Shown piece after piece: positions 17,110 to 20,000 of a stretch of 20,000 bases of DNA. Origin of the DNA: Trichomonas gallinae (Eukaryota); NCBI GenBank assembly GCA_008369845.1, contig MRSU01007380.1:56280-76279 (forward strand), in the 5' to 3' direction. The notes under the pieces were generated by a model. The model made no database searches. It saw nothing but the letters and a program-made list of their open reading frames with translations, and was not told the origin of the DNA. The translations under genes were made by a program, and so were the position numbers. Each line of letters starts with the position of its first letter. The stretch's first letter is position 1.

Positions 17110-18825
17110 ATGTCTGAGATAGAATCAACGCTGAATATTGAAGAAAATACTGGTTCTACCCCAGAAAATGAGTCCCAAGAGACAGAAAATACACAAACCG
17201 AAAACAAACCAGAAGAAAACACTACAGAAAATGAACAAAATGACAACACTTTGCAAGAAAATCAAGAAGAAACGCCAGCTGTAGCTGAGACTGAAGAGCA
17301 GCCAACAGAAAGTGCTCCTGCTGAAGAAAAACAGGAAGAAGCACCAGCCGATCAAAAACCAGAAGAAACTCCAGCAGAAGAGAAAACGGAAGAAGTTTCT
17401 CAAGAGCAAAAGCCAGAAGAAACTCAACCAGCCGAAGAACCAGCTGGAAATGAAACAAATGAATCGTCGCCATCCGAAGAAAAGACAGAAGAGGCTCCTG
17501 CTGAAGAAAAGCAAGAGGAAGCTCCAGTAGAGGAGAAACCAGAGGAATCTCAAGTTGATCAAAACCACAATGAAAATCCAAATGAAGAAAAGCCAGAAGA
17601 ACCACAGCCTACAGAAGAAGCAAATGTGACACCAGCAGAAAATCCACCTACTGAGGAAAAGCCAGAAGAAATTCCAGCTGAACAAAATCAGAATGAAAAT
17701 ACAACAGAAGAAACACCAGCTGAAGAGAAACCAGAGGAAGCACCAACTGAAGAGAAGACAGAAGAACAACTCGCAGAAGAAAAAGTTGAAGAATCTCAAA
17801 ATGAAGAGATACCAGCCGAAGAGGCTCCAATAGAAGAGAAGCCAGCCGAAGAAACTGCTCCTGTTGAAGAAAAGCAACCAGAAGAACAAGCTCCAGTAGA
17901 AGAAAATAAGCCAGAAGAGGTTCCAGTTGAAGAAAAACCAGAGGAAGTTCCAGCTGAGGAAAAGCAACCAGAAGAACCAACTCCGGCTGAAGAAAAACCA
18001 GTCGAAGAAACTCAAGTTGAAGAAAAGCAACCAGAAGAAGCCCCAGTTGAAGAGAAACCAGCTGAAGAACCAGCTCCTGTTGAAGAAAAGCCAGCTGATG
18101 AAGTTCAAGCAGAAGCAGAAACAGTTGAATTTTCACCATTCACAGAAGTTCCAGCAGAGAAGCCAGAAGAGGTTACAGAAGAGAATCTCTTCGACGAGAA
18201 AGTTGCTGATGAAGTCCCAGTTGAAGAGCCTTTCGGCTTCGACAACATGGAAGCTGTCCCAGTCATGTCAAGAGATGTAGACTTCGGCGGCGAAAACGCT
18301 GAACCTGCCGGCCAGACAGAATTCCAGTTTGGCGAGACTTCTCTCCTCAACAACAACAACAGCAGCAGCGTAAACACAGAATTCAGTTTCGGCAACGATT
18401 CTCTCATGGGCGACAACAAGCAGGAAACAGAATTCAGCTTCGGCAATGACTCGTTGATGGGAGAGAACAAGAGCAGTTCGGGATTCACTTTCGGCGACAA
18501 CACAGATGCTAACGGAAACGACTTCAACTTCGACAACGCCTCAGCAGAAGGTTTCTCATTCGACAATGCATCCACTGATGGTTTCACATTCGATAACACA
18601 TCAACAGAAGGCTTCACTTTCGCAGACAACGCAGAGGGAGGCTTCACATTCACAGATGGAAACGGCTTCAACTTCAACGACTCAAGCAACAACACGGAGC
18701 AGTTCCAGCGCTTCCTCCGCTCGCTAGACTACGTTGAGAGCTACGATGCACCGAATGTTTTCACACTCCCTAACGATTTCACAGACATAGAGGCTGTTTT
18801 TAATGTTATTGTCCAGAGCAAATAA
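17110..18825 (+). CDS. Acidic low-complexity protein: Glu/Pro repeat region, FxF/FxFG repeat region and a short C-terminal helical segment
   Basis: Long ORF with (A/P)(V/A)EEKPEE-type repeats, 11 FxF motifs, and a TAAA stop. The second ATG (17110, AAAATG context) is preferred over 17095. Confidence 0.85.
   Translation: MSEIESTLNIEENTGSTPENESQETENTQTENKPEENTTENEQNDNTLQENQEETPAVAETEEQPTESAPAEEKQEEAPADQKPEETPAEEKTEEVSQEQKPEETQPAEEPAGNETNESSPSEEKTEEAPAEEKQEEAPVEEKPEESQVDQNHNENPNEEKPEEPQPTEEANVTPAENPPTEEKPEEIPAEQNQNENTTEETPAEEKPEEAPTEEKTEEQLAEEKVEESQNEEIPAEEAPIEEKPAEETAPVEEKQPEEQAPVEENKPEEVPVEEKPEEVPAEEKQPEEPTPAEEKPVEETQVEEKQPEEAPVEEKPAEEPAPVEEKPADEVQAEAETVEFSPFTEVPAEKPEEVTEENLFDEKVADEVPVEEPFGFDNMEAVPVMSRDVDFGGENAEPAGQTEFQFGETSLLNNNNSSSVNTEFSFGNDSLMGDNKQETEFSFGNDSLMGENKSSSGFTFGDNTDANGNDFNFDNASAEGFSFDNASTDGFTFDNTSTEGFTFADNAEGGFTFTDGNGFNFNDSSNNTEQFQRFLRSLDYVESYDAPNVFTLPNDFTDIEAVFNVIVQSK
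17300..18180 (+). repeat. Degenerate coding tandem repeats (PAEEKPEE / PVEEKQPEE, about 10-13 aa)
   Basis: Recurrent ccagctgaagaaaagccagaagaa-like units. They also explain the antisense shadow ORFs. Confidence 0.85.
18310..18680 (+). repeat. Coding repeats: TEFSFGNDSLMGxNK x2 (51-nt period) and about 10-aa GFxFDN units
   Basis: Copies at 18376-18420 and 18427-18471, then DFNFDNASAE / GFSFDNASTD / GFTFDNTSTE / GFTFADNAEG. Confidence 0.85.
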
Positions 18826-18893
18826 ACTTTATATTCTATTCCGAATTTATTCTAAATATTTATTAAAATTTTTTATTGGGATTTATTACATTT

Positions 18894-19895
18894 TTAACCA
18901 ATTATGTATAAAACTGCCAATATTATAGGCTTTGATGATGCTAATCTATAGAAAAAATGTCGAATAAATTTAAATTTTGTCATAATTTGCTTGTTATTTG
19001 AAAGAGGATACTCAGCATGACACTCAAATGTGGAATAATGCGATAAAAGTGCTGTTGAATGATCTAAAACATTATTATTATATTTTGGATCTCCGTAATC
19101 GCCTTGTTCATCGTTAATGAAGCAGCTATCAACAGTGAGAGTTCCACCTCCTAAATATATCTTATATTTGTTTCCTTTGTTTCCTATCAAACTGCAATTA
19201 AGAATTAAGGTGTTGCATCCATAAGAGCCTATCATTCCACTGTTACTAAACTCCGTACCATTGTTGTATATGAAATTGCACAGTTTAATTGTGAAACTTG
19301 ATGTTTTTTCACTAGATATAGAAGAAGAATCAATTTAATCGCCAAAAGTCTGAGAATTGTTGGCAAATGATGATTGAGTCAGAAAAGATTCGCTTGTCAC
19401 CTTATCTAGTTTATAAAGACTCAAGCCTTCAATTTTTGTAAATGTTAAGTTAATATTAGATATATTGCAACTTCCAATCAATAATATATTACAATTCCCT
19501 TGATATGAGTCGTTCCCCGAGGAAGAAATTGATGATTCGTAAAGCTTATTATTATATTTTTCAGAAACAGTAATATGACAAAATACACCCGATTTCAATG
19601 TCTTTGATCTATAACTGCAAACTCTGTTCTGTGAAAACTGGCCTTTATCGCTGAAAAATATCGATCCTCCATTTTCATCGCTAGAACATCTGGAAAACGA
19701 AGTGTCTTCTGCAAGAATTGCTGTATCTTCCGAAGTGGAATTAAATGATATCGATGAATTTATCAATTCATGAAATAAACAATTTTTGATAAAATAATTT
19801 GATTTTTCTGTCGGACAAACTTGTCTTGAGCCGTCACTTATAGTAACATCGGGCTCATTTAGATAAAAGTCGTTCCACGTATATATGAGAAACAT
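18894..19895 (-). pseudogene. Beta-helix / Pmp-like putative surface protein gene interrupted by one in-frame TAA
   Basis: ORFs 19335-19895 and 18894-19235 share a frame. The 99 nt between them are stop-free (IDSSSISSEKTSSFTIKLCNFIYNNGTEFSNSG). Motifs IKNCLF, FSRCSSDENGGSIFF, CNFIYN, CSLIGN and VDSCFI are present, with a hydrophobic C-terminus. Confidence 0.75.
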
Positions 19896-20000
19896 TGCTC
19901 AACATTACATAATTTGATATAATTAAGGGTGCGCTTGCACCTTCAATTTTTTCTATGAGCTCAGTGAATTGGTCTGATCCTCCTTTTTAAAAAGAGTTGT

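Noticed and set aside
17125..18695. Long antisense and alternative-frame ORFs (327, 127, 163, 196, 117 aa) over the acidic repeat gene
   Set aside because: These are shadows of the GAA/CCA-rich repeats, which lack stop codons in other frames. The F/W/L-rich translations have no independent support.
13019..19337. Alternative genetic code (stop reassignment) as the explanation for in-frame stops
   Set aside because: Intact genes end in TAA or TGA and contain no internal stops, and the ankyrin locus also has frameshifts.
19921..19948. Small hairpin GGTGC-GCTT-GCACC upstream of the split gene
   Set aside because: A 5-6 bp stem is expected by chance, and bacterial-type terminators are not relevant in this eukaryotic context.

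Overview
AT-rich, gene-dense eukaryotic DNA with no introns detected. Gene content, short intergenic regions and Inr-like TCAYT motifs suggest a trichomonad such as Trichomonas vaginalis or a relative (inference). Recognisable genes: the 3' part of a CCR4-NOT scaffold (Not1), a divergent Rab GTPase, a BTB/POZ protein, a divergent TFIIA large subunit, a MYST histone acetyltransferase, a CAMK-like pseudokinase, an NTF2+RRM (G3BP-like) protein and an acidic Glu/Pro repeat protein with an FxF/FxFG tail. There are also three hypothetical genes, an ankyrin-repeat pseudogene and a beta-helix/Pmp-like gene split by one in-frame TAA. I found no rRNA, tRNA, CRISPR or transposon. The strongest unexplained signal is a 13-bp element, TTTAnnTGTCAAA, that recurs in 5' intergenic regions and forms a dense same-orientation cluster in the BTB/TFIIA divergent promoter. 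Also notable are a long ORF with no usable ATG (possible AUU start) and an FxFG-repeat gene head-to-head with an NTF2-domain gene. All family assignments come from motif recognition by eye, not database searches.
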